The position numbers and the translations under genes are program-made. A stretch of 64,000 bases of DNA from the NCBI GenBank assembly GCA_903895255.1, contig CAITTG010000079.1, positions 947 through 64,946 on the forward strand. Direction: 5' to 3'. Origin of the DNA: an uncultured Verrucomicrobia subdivision 3 bacterium. GTDB lineage: Bacteria > Verrucomicrobiota > Verrucomicrobiia > Limisphaerales > UBA11358. Position 1 is the stretch's first letter. Every line of letters starts with the position of its first letter. Positions 37,545-48,090 of the stretch are shown here, piece by piece. The notes beneath the pieces were generated by a model. That model worked only from the letters and a program-made list of their open reading frames with translations. It was not told the origin of the DNA and ran no database searches.

Positions 37545-40500
37545 TTAATAACTATTGATTTGAAAATTCCGCAGGGCGCCGTTGATTTGACCCAGGCTTA
37601 GCGTTACCGGATATTTTGCCCCCCACAGTTTGAAGTCGGTCGAGGGCAGGCTCGCAATGGGACTGCCGTCCACGTAAATCACATAACCCCAGCCATCCAG
37701 TTGCATCGCAAAATCGTGCCATTGGTTGGGCGTGATGTATTTGGCGAGGACCGTGTTGGCGGCCACCGAGTCTTGGTAACAGCCGCGCACGATCGGGGTC
37801 GTGGACCATTTGTCCTGATAAAACTCCAGATAACAATACCAGTTTTGGTAACAGCTCAGGATGAAGGCATTGCCCACGCTGTAGCTGTCAAAGGAGGTGA
37901 CATAAACGCTGGCTTTGAAAATGATCCCATGCCAATTGGTGTTGTGCGTCAGGGTGCACACGTTGGTGGCGGTCGAGGTGGCGTTGAAGCTGACCAGGTA
38001 GCCGTTGCCGGTGATCATGTTGGTCAACTGGAGTGCCGCCAAATTGGTGTTGATCGGCTGGGCCGTCAGGCTGTTGGTCGGATCATTGAAGAGCCAGGCG
38101 TCAATATTGGTGGCGTTGTTGAACGCGGTCAGCACAGTGGTGGGAATGCTCAGTATCGGGGCGTTGGTCAGTGTTGCCGGGGTGGAGTACAAAGGTATGG
38201 TGGTGCCGGGGATGCAGGCGGCGGTGTTGGTGGCGGTCGGGCTGGCGGGCGGGGTGATCGTCACGGTGTTGGTCGCCGCCGCGTTGGTTCGGATGATGGT
38301 CACTGCCGCGTAACCCGGATAGCTGATGTTATAATTGCCCGGGACCAGGGACAGTTGCAGAATCTTGGTGGAGTAATCCCCTGGCGGTTGTTCGGCTCCA
38401 ATGGGGATGTCCACGTGGTTGGTGCCGGGCGGCAGGGTGAGCGTGCCCTGATATTGACCATAATTATTGCCGGTCAGCCAGGCGAAATCGGTGCCGTTAT
38501 TGGCGCCGCTGATGTTGAAGTTGACGGTGAGGGTGTCACTCGCGCTGCTGCGGCTGATGCGAATCAGGCCGCTCTGCACGTTTAAAATGCTGGGATTGTC
38601 AATGGTGGTGATGCTAACGGTTTCCCAATTGGTGACCACCGGGGCCGTGGCGGGGAAGGTGTTGGTGGCAAACAGCCGCCGGCCATCCGGCAGCAGAAAT
38701 TCCGTCTCCACCCATTGGTCCCCGGTCTGTAGCACCTGGTGCTGGTAGGTGCTGTTGGTCCCCAGTGGGTTGCCCAAACTTTCCCACAGTGGCTCCGCGG
38801 TGCTGTAGTCGATACTGCTTTGCAGGGTGCACTGCATGCCGTTGGCGGCGGGGGTCAGCGTGATGACGTTGTTCGTGGGCACCCAGGGCTGGCCGGCCAG
38901 CGAACCCTGACCCATCAGGAAGGCGCCCACCGCCAGCGCCCGAGCCTCGTCCATGCCGGTGTTTTCCGTCAGGTAATTGGGGGCGTCGCCACCCCGGTCA
39001 TACATCGGACAGCCGGTGATGTCGCTGCTGTCCCACGGCAGGCTCAAATGTTCCAGCGAGGGATAGCTCGCCACGGGCACGAAACCGCTGATGACGTTGC
39101 CCATCATCAAGCCCGTGGGCGCCACCTGGTGTTTGTCATTTTCCGCGTACTGGCTTTCAATGTTTTTGTAGCGCCGGTCACCCAGTCCGTTGACATAGGA
39201 AAGGTTCAAGGGATTGCAACCGGCCTCATAGGCCAGGTTGCTCACCAGCGCCGCCCACCAGTTGGGGTTATTTTGCAGCAACAGACCGGTGGCAATGTCA
39301 AAAGCCTGGCCGCTGGAAAAGAACCAGCCCGAGGCGTTCATGTGTTTGGATTCCCAGGGAAAGCTCGTGCCGTAGGCGGACTGGCTGGCGTAACTGGTTT
39401 CGCTCGCGGCCCAGTTCGTGATTTCGCCGTTGCATAGCGCCAGCCAGGCGGGGTTCAACGTGCCGGCCGGCACCCGCCCGGTTTTCTCGGCAAAGGCGTA
39501 GCTACGGATCGCCCGCCCGTATCCCTCGTCCATATGCTCCCACGTCCAGTGCGCGTCCGCCGATGACCCGGGGGTGAAGGAACTCATCAACAGGGTGTGG
39601 AATCCCTGGTTGGTGGTGGCCAGGTAGAGCTCGCAATAAGCCCAGGCCACATTGTCCTCCTGGCCATAATAAGATTGCCCCATGTGCTGGCTGGCCCCGG
39701 CATGGCCGTAGGTTGCATAGGCATTGGTCAGGAAGGCATAGCCGCTGAGCGCCTCCGCCAGGTAATGCGCTGTGGCCGCCGGATAATACTGCCGCATGGC
39801 GGGTGATGAGGCCGCTTGTGCCAGGATGGCCACGGCGGCGGCGGTGGCGGTGGTGGTCTTGGGATACACGACTTGGTTGTCGCCGTCCTGCGGCAGGCAG
39901 TTCACCTCGTACTGCCGGTTTTCCGGATACACAATGCTGTAGAACCCGCCGTCCGCATCCTGTAATTTGGCGATGTAATCAATCTCCCATTTGGCCTCTT
40001 GCAGCACGTCGGGGATGCCGTCGCCGCTCTCCGGAATGCCCAGGTTGTCCAGGGTGGCGACGCCGGGAAAGGTGTCCACGGCAAACAGCAGGGTGTTGGC
40101 CAGGGTGGCGCAGTCCGGCGTGTATTTGCTGTAATCGCCCGCGTCGTGGTGGCCGCCGGAGGTGTCCACCGGCCCCGGATTGATGTATGGATAAAGCGCC
40201 GTGCTCAGGTTGGTCATGCGCACTTCGTTGGTGGGAATGCCCAGGGTGCCATTCAGGTAGTTCAGAATCGCCGCCACCGCGGTCATGTTCGTGGTGGGGA
40301 CGGCGGCCGGCCGGTCGTGGCAGATGTCATGGCCGAACCGGGTGTAGGGCAGCCCCACCGCCATGCCGCAGCGCTGGTTCAGCAGCCCGAGCTCGTAGGT
40401 GCGCGTGAGCAGCGCGCCAAATTCATCCCCGATCCGAAAGGGCTCGCTCAGTCCCATGCCGGGAACTTGGACCTGATAAACCCCGCGGTTGGTCAGCGTC

Positions 40501-41159
40501 GTCAAATCCGCCTGCCAGACCTCCTGGTAAACCGCGGCCGCAAAGCCCGCGTCTGGTCGCCAGGTGAGCGGGCCGGTATAGACGGCGTTGCCGTTGGTAT
40601 CCAGCACGGTGAAATTGGTCGCCGTCACCGGCATTTCCCCCAGCGTGCCCAGCAGGCAGCCCACCATGGCCGCCTTGGGCAGGGTGGCGGGATAGCCGGC
40701 CGCGCTCACATGGATCGCCGGGTTGAGCCGGCTGGGACTGAACTGCGCGGCCAGATTGGTCTGCCAGTAACCGGGCACGTTGACGGACACCGCCACGGCG
40801 CCCGTTTCCGGAATGGCCGTGCCGGTGATCAAATAGAAGCTCTCGCGGATCCGCAGGTCCCAGTGGGTTTCTGCCGCATAATCCGGCCGGCGCTGGTAAC
40901 CTGCCGCCACGCAGTTCACCGGCTGGCCGTTGACCGTGATCTGGTAGGAGCTGCCGTTGGTGATGGCGGCGATATAATTGGTCAGCCCGTCAACACTGCC
41001 CGCCGTCCAGGCGCTGGTTGCGTCCACCTCCAGTACCTGCGGGGCCAGTAGTTGAAGCGTCGTTGCTCCCGGGGCCGGGGCCGTGACGGGGCTTGCCGGC
41101 GCGCCGCTTGTGAGCACGGTCAGGCCAAGGAGGAGGGAAAAAAGTTTGGAGTGGTTCAT
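37545..41159 (-). CDS. GH9 glycoside hydrolase with Ig-like N-domain and extra C-terminal domains
   Basis: Signal peptide; DTSGGHHDAGDYSKY, DVLQEAKWEIDY, LQDADGGFY, GCNPLNLSYVNGLG and NYLTE. Confidence 0.88.
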   Translation of the reverse strand: MNHSKLFSLLLGLTVLTSGAPASPVTAPAPGATTLQLLAPQVLEVDATSAWTAGSVDGLTNYIAAITNGSSYQITVNGQPVNCVAAGYQRRPDYAAETHWDLRIRESFYLITGTAIPETGAVAVSVNVPGYWQTNLAAQFSPSRLNPAIHVSAAGYPATLPKAAMVGCLLGTLGEMPVTATNFTVLDTNGNAVYTGPLTWRPDAGFAAAVYQEVWQADLTTLTNRGVYQVQVPGMGLSEPFRIGDEFGALLTRTYELGLLNQRCGMAVGLPYTRFGHDICHDRPAAVPTTNMTAVAAILNYLNGTLGIPTNEVRMTNLSTALYPYINPGPVDTSGGHHDAGDYSKYTPDCATLANTLLFAVDTFPGVATLDNLGIPESGDGIPDVLQEAKWEIDYIAKLQDADGGFYSIVYPENRQYEVNCLPQDGDNQVVYPKTTTATAAAVAILAQAASSPAMRQYYPAATAHYLAEALSGYAFLTNAYATYGHAGASQHMGQSYYGQEDNVAWAYCELYLATTNQGFHTLLMSSFTPGSSADAHWTWEHMDEGYGRAIRSYAFAEKTGRVPAGTLNPAWLALCNGEITNWAASETSYASQSAYGTSFPWESKHMNASGWFFSSGQAFDIATGLLLQNNPNWWAALVSNLAYEAGCNPLNLSYVNGLGDRRYKNIESQYAENDKHQVAPTGLMMGNVISGFVPVASYPSLEHLSLPWDSSDITGCPMYDRGGDAPNYLTENTGMDEARALAVGAFLMGQGSLAGQPWVPTNNVITLTPAANGMQCTLQSSIDYSTAEPLWESLGNPLGTNSTYQHQVLQTGDQWVETEFLLPDGRRLFATNTFPATAPVVTNWETVSITTIDNPSILNVQSGLIRISRSSASDTLTVNFNISGANNGTDFAWLTGNNYGQYQGTLTLPPGTNHVDIPIGAEQPPGDYSTKILQLSLVPGNYNISYPGYAAVTIIRTNAAATNTVTITPPASPTATNTAACIPGTTIPLYSTPATLTNAPILSIPTTVLTAFNNATNIDAWLFNDPTNSLTAQPINTNLAALQLTNMITGNGYLVSFNATSTATNVCTLTHNTNWHGIIFKASVYVTSFDSYSVGNAFILSCYQNWYCYLEFYQDKWSTTPIVRGCYQDSVAANTVLAKYITPNQWHDFAMQLDGWGYVIYVDGSPIASLPSTDFKLWGAKYPVTLSLGQINGALRNFQINSY

Positions 41160-41587
41160 AAATATTACATGGGCGCGGCCGGCCGCGGTGTTTTCTGAAC
41201 TGGCACCGGTGGAATCACCGGGCGGGCTTTCCCCTCCGGCTTTCCCATCTGCTAAGACCCTGCGCCAATTACCTGCGGAGGGTCAAACCCAAATCTCTCA
41301 TTGCCCTAAAATGACCGTCTTTAGGCAGTGTATATTTGGCTGGTGGGCAGGTTTTTACCCTATGCTGGGCAAGGTGCGCCTGGGGTGCGGGCGGCACCTC
41401 CAATCGGTTGCGGCTGGCGGTCGGGTTGAGGGTGGGTTGTGCTTAACCTGCCAGTGGAGAACTGGTGGCTGATTTTTTACAGAAATTACTGAGGTTTGCC
41501 AGGCGGCGGGGCCTGCCGCTTGCTCCGGCAATTTTGGATTGCGGAATTATTCGGCCAGCCAATCAATCCTCGCCGCTGGCTCGGCAG

Positions 41588-41623
41588 AAAAAAACCGCGC
41601 CTGGCTGGCTGCCGGACGCGGTT
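41588..41623 (-). terminator. Rho-independent terminator after the FG-GAP gene
   Basis: Minus strand AACCGCGTCCGG...CCAGGCGCGGTT followed by a T-run. Confidence 0.6.
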
Positions 41624-41674
41624 AACATGCAACCGAGTTGCCTGTGGGGAATGCCGGCGGACGCCGAGGCGCGG

Positions 41675-44002
41675 CTACTCTTGCGGATAAACCAGTATCC
41701 GGTCGTGCACCAGCACGATCAAATCGTTCTTTTTGTCGCCGGTCACGTCGGAGACCAAGGCTTCGCGCGGTTCGGGAATGGCGTTCTCCCGGTTGCGGAA
41801 GGTGTGCTGCTCAAATACTGGCCAGCGGTCACCCGGCACGAATTTGTGGTGCGCGTCAAACAGCACCACATCCAGATAATTCTTGGCTGTCTCCATGAAG
41901 ATTAATTCCTTGCGCCCGTCGCCGTTGATATCCCCGGACACCACGTCATTGAGGAAGCCATCCTTGATGGGCGTGTCATATCCGTCCAGTTCCTTCAACT
42001 GCCACTGGTCGCCGGCCAGCGGCAGCCAGGCCACGGCGTTCTGCCCCAGGAAGGCCACGCTTTGCGTGTTGGTGCCGCCCAGTTTTATGGTGGTGATGCC
42101 GCCAAAATCCGCCACGGGCAGTTCCACGTTTTTCACCACCTGCCAGACGCCGGCGTTGTCCCGCTCGCAGAGGGTTAGTTGTTTGTGCTCGGCATCCAGC
42201 AAAAAGATGGCGGCCACCGCGTTGGTGCCGTTTACGACCGTGGTCGCCCCGGAAATGCGTGAGTCCCGGGCCGCGCCATTGATCTGGTCCTTCACGCGAA
42301 AACCCCAGCCCGGGGTGTTGGTGGTGGTGTCGGTCTTGGGTTGTTGCTCCAGGACCACCGCGCGCACAAAGTTCTTTTGCGGCAGCAGCAGTTCGGCCTT
42401 GCCATCGCCATCCACGTCCAGTGAGGAAATCCAGGGTTGTTCCATCGCCCCGCCCGGTGCGTCGGCATCCACCTCGTCAAAGTCCCCGCCGCTTTTTTGC
42501 AGCAGGACTTTGATTTTTTCGTAGGGTATGAGAATCACCACGTCCGGGCGGCCGTCCTGGTTCGCGTCCAGAATCGTCATGCTGGCAGGGGTGGATTTAA
42601 AACTGTCACTCAACCGCTTGGTGCGGGTTTTGCCGTCGGGGTTGCGTGTGACCAGCGAGCGCACGCCGTCCTTGTCCACGAGCACTGCCAGCACCGGCTT
42701 GGCACCCGGTTTCAGCACGCCTGTGGTCATCACCAGCGGTTTGCCGTCCAGGGGAATGATCGTGGGGAAAGGCAGTTTGCCATTCGCGTCGAAGCGGGTC
42801 ATGCCGACGGCATTTTCATCCCGGCTCAGTAGAAAAATTTCGGGATGACCGTCGCCGTTCCAGTCCGAGGCCACGATCTGGCTGACGCCCGCGAGGGTGG
42901 GAAATGTTTTGGCGGGGGCCAGCGTGCCATCCGCCTGTTGCAAATACACCGAAACCTGGCCGCTTTCCGGCTCGGCCACGAGCAGATCCGCCCGGCCATC
43001 CCCGTTCACATCCGCCCACAACAACCCGCGCTGGCCTGAATCTGACTTGGTCAGTGGAAAGATTTGAAACTGTCCCTGCCGCAGGTCGCCGGACAACACC
43101 TCGCCGGGTCGCCGGACGAATTGCGAAACCCCGGCCCGGCCGGAGCTTTGAGCGATGGTCACCACAAAGTTCCGCCCATTTTCTTCCAGATCGTCGGCGA
43201 TATAGGAGCGGATGGGCTGCGTCTTGAAATAGGTTTCCGGTCCGAGCTGGCCGGCGGCGTTTTGCAGGCGAAACCGGAACGGCGTGGGACTGTCAAAGTC
43301 CACCAGCACCAGATCGCTCCGCCCGTCGCCATCCACATCCACGATTTGCACCGATTTGGGGGTGCCGGAATAGGGGATTTTCTGGGGATCGCCCAGCGTG
43401 CCGTCGGCTAGCTGCGGCAGGAAATAAATCGCGCCCCCGTCACCCAACAGCACCACGTCGGTCCGGCCATCCCCGTTCAGGTCGCCCGTCACCAAGGCAT
43501 TGGCATCCATTTGGCCGTCCTCAATGTGCCACTTTTTAGGCTCGCTCCAGCCGTTGGTGCCTTGATTGTAGAGCACAATCAGATCATGCGCGTCCCCGTA
43601 ATAAACGATGTCAGGCCGGCCGTCGCCGTTCAAATCCGTCACCGCCATGGCGGCAATCCGCTCATCCGTGGGCAGGCTGTCGATCCGGAAGCGGGAACCG
43701 GCGGGTAGTTCATTCAGCTCCAGTTTGCGCGGGGGATTGGCCGCCGCTTGGTTGGTTTTGCCTGTCAGATTATAAAGGAGATCAATTTTGGCCCGCAGGT
43801 TGTTGGCCACGATCAGGTCGTTCAAGCCGTCGCCGTCCAAATCCGCCGCGTGCACCAGGCTGATGCCCTCGTCCACGGGGAAAATCTCCGGGCCACTGAA
43901 ACCAAAGAGATTCGTTACCGTTTCTGACCGCGAGGCCGGGGCTGCCCCGAGCATGAGGGCCAAAGATAGAATTCCACACAGCTGGCTGTTGGTCATACGC
44001 AT
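41675..44002 (-). CDS. FG-GAP/VCBS repeat secreted protein
   Basis: Many DxNGDGxxD calcium-blade repeats; signal peptide. Confidence 0.88.
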   Translation of the reverse strand: MRMTNSQLCGILSLALMLGAAPASRSETVTNLFGFSGPEIFPVDEGISLVHAADLDGDGLNDLIVANNLRAKIDLLYNLTGKTNQAAANPPRKLELNELPAGSRFRIDSLPTDERIAAMAVTDLNGDGRPDIVYYGDAHDLIVLYNQGTNGWSEPKKWHIEDGQMDANALVTGDLNGDGRTDVVLLGDGGAIYFLPQLADGTLGDPQKIPYSGTPKSVQIVDVDGDGRSDLVLVDFDSPTPFRFRLQNAAGQLGPETYFKTQPIRSYIADDLEENGRNFVVTIAQSSGRAGVSQFVRRPGEVLSGDLRQGQFQIFPLTKSDSGQRGLLWADVNGDGRADLLVAEPESGQVSVYLQQADGTLAPAKTFPTLAGVSQIVASDWNGDGHPEIFLLSRDENAVGMTRFDANGKLPFPTIIPLDGKPLVMTTGVLKPGAKPVLAVLVDKDGVRSLVTRNPDGKTRTKRLSDSFKSTPASMTILDANQDGRPDVVILIPYEKIKVLLQKSGGDFDEVDADAPGGAMEQPWISSLDVDGDGKAELLLPQKNFVRAVVLEQQPKTDTTTNTPGWGFRVKDQINGAARDSRISGATTVVNGTNAVAAIFLLDAEHKQLTLCERDNAGVWQVVKNVELPVADFGGITTIKLGGTNTQSVAFLGQNAVAWLPLAGDQWQLKELDGYDTPIKDGFLNDVVSGDINGDGRKELIFMETAKNYLDVVLFDAHHKFVPGDRWPVFEQHTFRNRENAIPEPREALVSDVTGDKKNDLIVLVHDRILVYPQE

Positions 44003-44226
44003 AACTGGGGAAAACCTGCCATTCAGGGCCCGGATTGGCGAGTTTATTCGGGTATGAACTGTGGCCCGGCCGGCCGGGCATTTGTTGCCATTTAGTCACA
44101 AAATCGCCACCCAATTGAAATTTGGGGCAGGGATAGTGGGTTTGTCCCAAACACCGAAACGGCCACCGGACCCTTACGGTGGCCAATCCGGTCAGAAAAC
44201 CAACACTACCAACCAAAAGGCAGCGT

Positions 44227-45588
44227 ATGACCAAAAAAAATCCCCCCATCCGTTCCAAAAAGCCCGGCAAGACCACTGGTCTGGCACTGGCGGGCAACAC
44301 CCAGACCGTGGCCACAAGCGGTCCGCAATTCGCCCAGCCCGTGCCCACGCCCGACCCCACGGGCTACCAGGTAAAGCATGTTTCTGACAAGGCGGCTTAC
44401 GCCATTTTAGACAGCGAAAAAGGCAGCCTCCTGCCCCGGGCCTTCCCGGCGGGACCGGCGGCGGAGCCCGCGCTGGCCCTGGCGGATGCCATCGGATCGA
44501 ATGGTCCGGCCACGGAGGCGGCCATCACCAGTGCCGGGCAGATCGTGTTTCACGCCCTGGGCGACACCGGCAACACCACCAGCGCCACGGCGGAAAACAC
44601 TGTCACGGACAAGCTCGTGTCGGATTTCGCCGAGGAGCAACCCGGTTCGGTGCCGGCCTTTTGCTACAATCTGGGCGACGTCGTTTACAGTTTCGGCGAG
44701 GCGGCCTACTACTACGACCAGTTCTACGATCCCTACCGGAATTATCCCGCGCCCATTTTTGCCATTCCCGGCAATCACGACGGCATGGTGGCGCCGAATT
44801 CCACCACGCCCAGCTTGCAGGCCTTCCTCGCCAATTTTTGCGACTACGCGGACCATGACTTTCACCGCACCCCGGAGGCGGGCAGCCTGGCGCGCACCGC
44901 CGGCAAGCAACCCGGCGTCTATTTCACCCTGGAAGCGCCCTTTGTCCGCATTCTGGGACTGTATAGCAATTGCCTGGAAGACCCCGGCGTCATTTCCTCC
45001 CAGAAAAATTCCAACCGCCCTTATCCGGGCCTGAGCGACGTGCAGCTCGATTATTTGCAGGCGGCGCTCAAACGCATTAAAACCGAGGCCTTTGCCGGCG
45101 CGGTGCTGATCGCGGTGCACCACCCGCCTTATGTGGCGGTGACGGACACGTCCGCCGGGGCGAACACCGCCGGCAAACATTATGGCAGCCCGCTCATGCT
45201 CGCGGACATCGATGCCGCGTGCGCGGCCACGGGCGTCTGGCCGCACGCGGTGCTGTCCGGCCACGCGCACAATTACCAGCGCTTCACCCGCCATTGGGAC
45301 GGGCGCGAAACGCCCTATGTGATCTGCGGCAACGGCGGTCACGCCCATGCGCGCCTCACCAAAAAAGGCGCGCCAGCCCTGCGCACCCCCGCGGTGCAGG
45401 ACCCGCTTTCCAACGGCGAGGACCAGGTGGTGTTTGAAAACTACGACGACCAGGATTATGGCTACCTGCGCATCATCGTCAACGCCACCCAGCTCCGCAT
45501 TGAATACCACCCGGCTTCCGATGGCGAGGCCGCCAAAACCCCGGATGACGTGGTGACGGTGGATCTGGCCTCCCGGACTCTCGCGTAA
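44227..45588 (+). CDS. Calcineurin-like metallophosphoesterase
   Basis: GDTG, LGDVVY, PGNHD, HHPPY and GHAHNYQR. Confidence 0.88.
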   Translation: MTKKNPPIRSKKPGKTTGLALAGNTQTVATSGPQFAQPVPTPDPTGYQVKHVSDKAAYAILDSEKGSLLPRAFPAGPAAEPALALADAIGSNGPATEAAITSAGQIVFHALGDTGNTTSATAENTVTDKLVSDFAEEQPGSVPAFCYNLGDVVYSFGEAAYYYDQFYDPYRNYPAPIFAIPGNHDGMVAPNSTTPSLQAFLANFCDYADHDFHRTPEAGSLARTAGKQPGVYFTLEAPFVRILGLYSNCLEDPGVISSQKNSNRPYPGLSDVQLDYLQAALKRIKTEAFAGAVLIAVHHPPYVAVTDTSAGANTAGKHYGSPLMLADIDAACAATGVWPHAVLSGHAHNYQRFTRHWDGRETPYVICGNGGHAHARLTKKGAPALRTPAVQDPLSNGEDQVVFENYDDQDYGYLRIIVNATQLRIEYHPASDGEAAKTPDDVVTVDLASRTLA

Positions 45589-45622
45589 GCAACCCCCGGC
45601 GGGCGGGGGGGCGCCTGGCGCG

Positions 45623-46051
45623 TCACCCCGCCTCGCCGATAAAGTGCAACGCTATGTGGCGCGCATGGGGCTGGGTGCGGTGTTCCCAGAGATAAATCCC
45701 CTGCCATGTGCCCAGCGTCATCCGGCCTTCCCGCACGGGCAGGCTGAGGTTTACCGCTGTCAGCGCGGTTCGTACATGCGCCGGCATGTCGTCGTCGCCT
45801 TCCATTGTATGCACAAAGAGCCGGTCGCCATCGGGCACCAGGCGTTTAAAAAAGGCCTCCAAATCCCGGCGCACATCGGGATCGGCATTTTCTTGGATCA
45901 ATAGCGAGGCCGAGGTGTGCTGCAAATGCAGGGTGATCAGGCCGTGCCGGCAGTGCTGGCGGTCCAGCCACTGGGCGACGGCGGTGGTAAATTCGTACAG
46001 TCCCCGCCCGCGCGTGGGAATGGTCAGGTCCTGAAACGCCTGGGTGATCAT
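45623..46051 (-). CDS. yjbQ: YjbQ/UPF0047 family protein
   Basis: HTSASL, ENADPDV, DMPAH and LGTWQGIYLWE. Confidence 0.9.
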   Translation of the reverse strand: MITQAFQDLTIPTRGRGLYEFTTAVAQWLDRQHCRHGLITLHLQHTSASLLIQENADPDVRRDLEAFFKRLVPDGDRLFVHTMEGDDDMPAHVRTALTAVNLSLPVREGRMTLGTWQGIYLWEHRTQPHARHIALHFIGEAG

Positions 46052-46058
46052 GTTGCGT

Positions 46059-47948
46059 TCAGGGGTTGGGGATGGCCGCGCCGCTGGCGGCCAGCAATTT
46101 TTCCAGGCCGGGGTTGCGCGGCTGGCCGGTGGCCAGCGCCTTCAAATAATGCCAGCGCGCCAGCTCCGCCCGGGGCGGTTGCTCACTAATGTAAATGACC
46201 GCCAGATTGTTATGGGCCTCGGTATTGTCCGGGGCCAGCACCAACGCCTGCCGCAGTGCCGTTTCCGCCGGCAGTCGCAGACCCAGATGCCCGAGTGTTA
46301 TGCCCAGCCACACCTCGATGTCCGCATTCTGCGGATCTAGTTTCGCCGCCCGGCCCAGGGTGTCCAGCGCGGCGTCATAATTCTCCTGTTGCAAGCGCAG
46401 GTGACCCAGCACCGACAGGTTGTAGGCATCGTTGGGGCTGCGGGCCAATGCTGCCTGGATATGCTTTTCCGCCTCAGGCAAGTGGCCCTGGGACAATTCC
46501 ACCGCCGCCAGATTCGCCAGGGCCAGGCCGTTGTTTTCGTCATGTTGCAAAATACTTTGATACCCGCCCGCCGCCTGGGTGTATTCGTGCGCGGCGAAAT
46601 AACCGTTGGCGGTGGCCATCAGTGCGGTGGGTTCGGCAGGGCCGGCGGCATTGGCGGGCGGCACTGGATTCGGCTCCGGGGCGGGCTGGCGGAAGAGGGC
46701 GAGTTCTTCGGTGGTGTAGGGCACCCTTTGCGCCTCCACCACGGCGAGGCGGGTTTGCAGGGTATGCAACTGCTCGCTCAAGTGGGCCACCAGGGCGTTG
46801 GTCGCGGCGCGGCTCGCGCTGCCCCCCCACAACTGGCGCGCCGCCATCAATTGCACCTTTAACAAATCCCGTTCCTGCTCCAGATCGTGGATGCGCACGG
46901 CGTCCTCGGCCACGGTTGCCGCGAGCGGATTCACCGCGTCGGCGGGCGGCGGCGCGGTGGGCGGCGCTGGTTTGGCCACCGGCGGCCCCGGGGCAGGCAG
47001 CCGGGCCAGCAGTGCGGCGCGTTCGGCTTCGTTCTGGCGGGCGGCGGCTTTCAATGCGGCAATCTCCGCCCGGGCCTGGGCGAGCTCGGACTGCAATTCG
47101 TCGGCCGTCAACTCGGGTTTGGCGGTGGCCAGTTGCTTTTTTAACAGTTCATTTTCGTCACGCAAGGCCAGGACACCAGCCTGGCTGGCGAGCAGGGTTT
47201 TGGTTTGTGCCTGGAGGCCCTGGTTTTCCACTGCGAGCGCGCTGGCCTGCGCCATGGCCGTGGCCAGTTGTTTGCCCTCCTCCGCCAGCGACCGCTGGGC
47301 TTGGACCAGCGCGTTGGATTCAACCAGCACACTGGCGGAGGGGGAGGTGCCACCCGGGGCGGCCAGACGCACCCGTAACAAGTCATTCTCCTTCATCAAG
47401 GACCGCACCTGTTCCTGCGCTGCCGCGAGAGCGCGCGGGTCAATCGCGGCGGGTTGGGCGGCCAGGGCTTCCCGGAGTTTGAGCTCCAAGCTGGCATTGC
47501 CCGCCTGTAAATTTTGCACTTGGGCCTGCAAGTCCGCAAGTTGCTGCGTCAGCCGGGCATCCGGGGCCGGGGTGGGGGCAGGGAGGGGCGCTGGGGGCGA
47601 GTTGGCCAGGGAGCCGGTCGCCAGCGTGGGGCGGTTCGTGACCGCTGCCAAGGGGGCAGGGGATATCAAGGTGGCCATGGCGGCGATTTTATCCGCCAGA
47701 TATTGTTCGCGGAAGGTGACGATGTTGGAGCTCCAGGCGGGGTAGATGCCCGCGAACTTTTGCAGATCCACCAAGGCGGATTGATACTCGGCCCGGGCTT
47801 GCAACGGCTGGCCGCCATCGGCCAGGGCATCGGCCTGCTCGATCTGGCTGAAGATGGCCACGTATTGCTCATCCGGACCGGACTGGGCGCGGGCAGCGGC
47901 CAGCCCGAGGGCCAGCACTGCCAGGGTGAGCAGGACGCATTGCTTCAT
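46059..47948 (-). CDS. Secreted coiled-coil and TPR protein
   Basis: Signal peptide from MKQCVLL (47948), long coiled coil, and C-terminal TPRs (EAHNNLAVIY). Confidence 0.8.
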   Translation of the reverse strand: MKQCVLLTLAVLALGLAAARAQSGPDEQYVAIFSQIEQADALADGGQPLQARAEYQSALVDLQKFAGIYPAWSSNIVTFREQYLADKIAAMATLISPAPLAAVTNRPTLATGSLANSPPAPLPAPTPAPDARLTQQLADLQAQVQNLQAGNASLELKLREALAAQPAAIDPRALAAAQEQVRSLMKENDLLRVRLAAPGGTSPSASVLVESNALVQAQRSLAEEGKQLATAMAQASALAVENQGLQAQTKTLLASQAGVLALRDENELLKKQLATAKPELTADELQSELAQARAEIAALKAAARQNEAERAALLARLPAPGPPVAKPAPPTAPPPADAVNPLAATVAEDAVRIHDLEQERDLLKVQLMAARQLWGGSASRAATNALVAHLSEQLHTLQTRLAVVEAQRVPYTTEELALFRQPAPEPNPVPPANAAGPAEPTALMATANGYFAAHEYTQAAGGYQSILQHDENNGLALANLAAVELSQGHLPEAEKHIQAALARSPNDAYNLSVLGHLRLQQENYDAALDTLGRAAKLDPQNADIEVWLGITLGHLGLRLPAETALRQALVLAPDNTEAHNNLAVIYISEQPPRAELARWHYLKALATGQPRNPGLEKLLAASGAAIPNP

Positions 47949-48090
47949 GCGGGCACGATAGCGCAAGGGCCGGCTGCTTGGCAACCACCCCGGTGCGGGG
48001 ACGGCTGTGCCACGCCGGTTGACACTCACATGTAACAAGAGCTTATTTGACATGCACAGGGCAATTTGCTAACAGTTCAACTCAGGAGTC

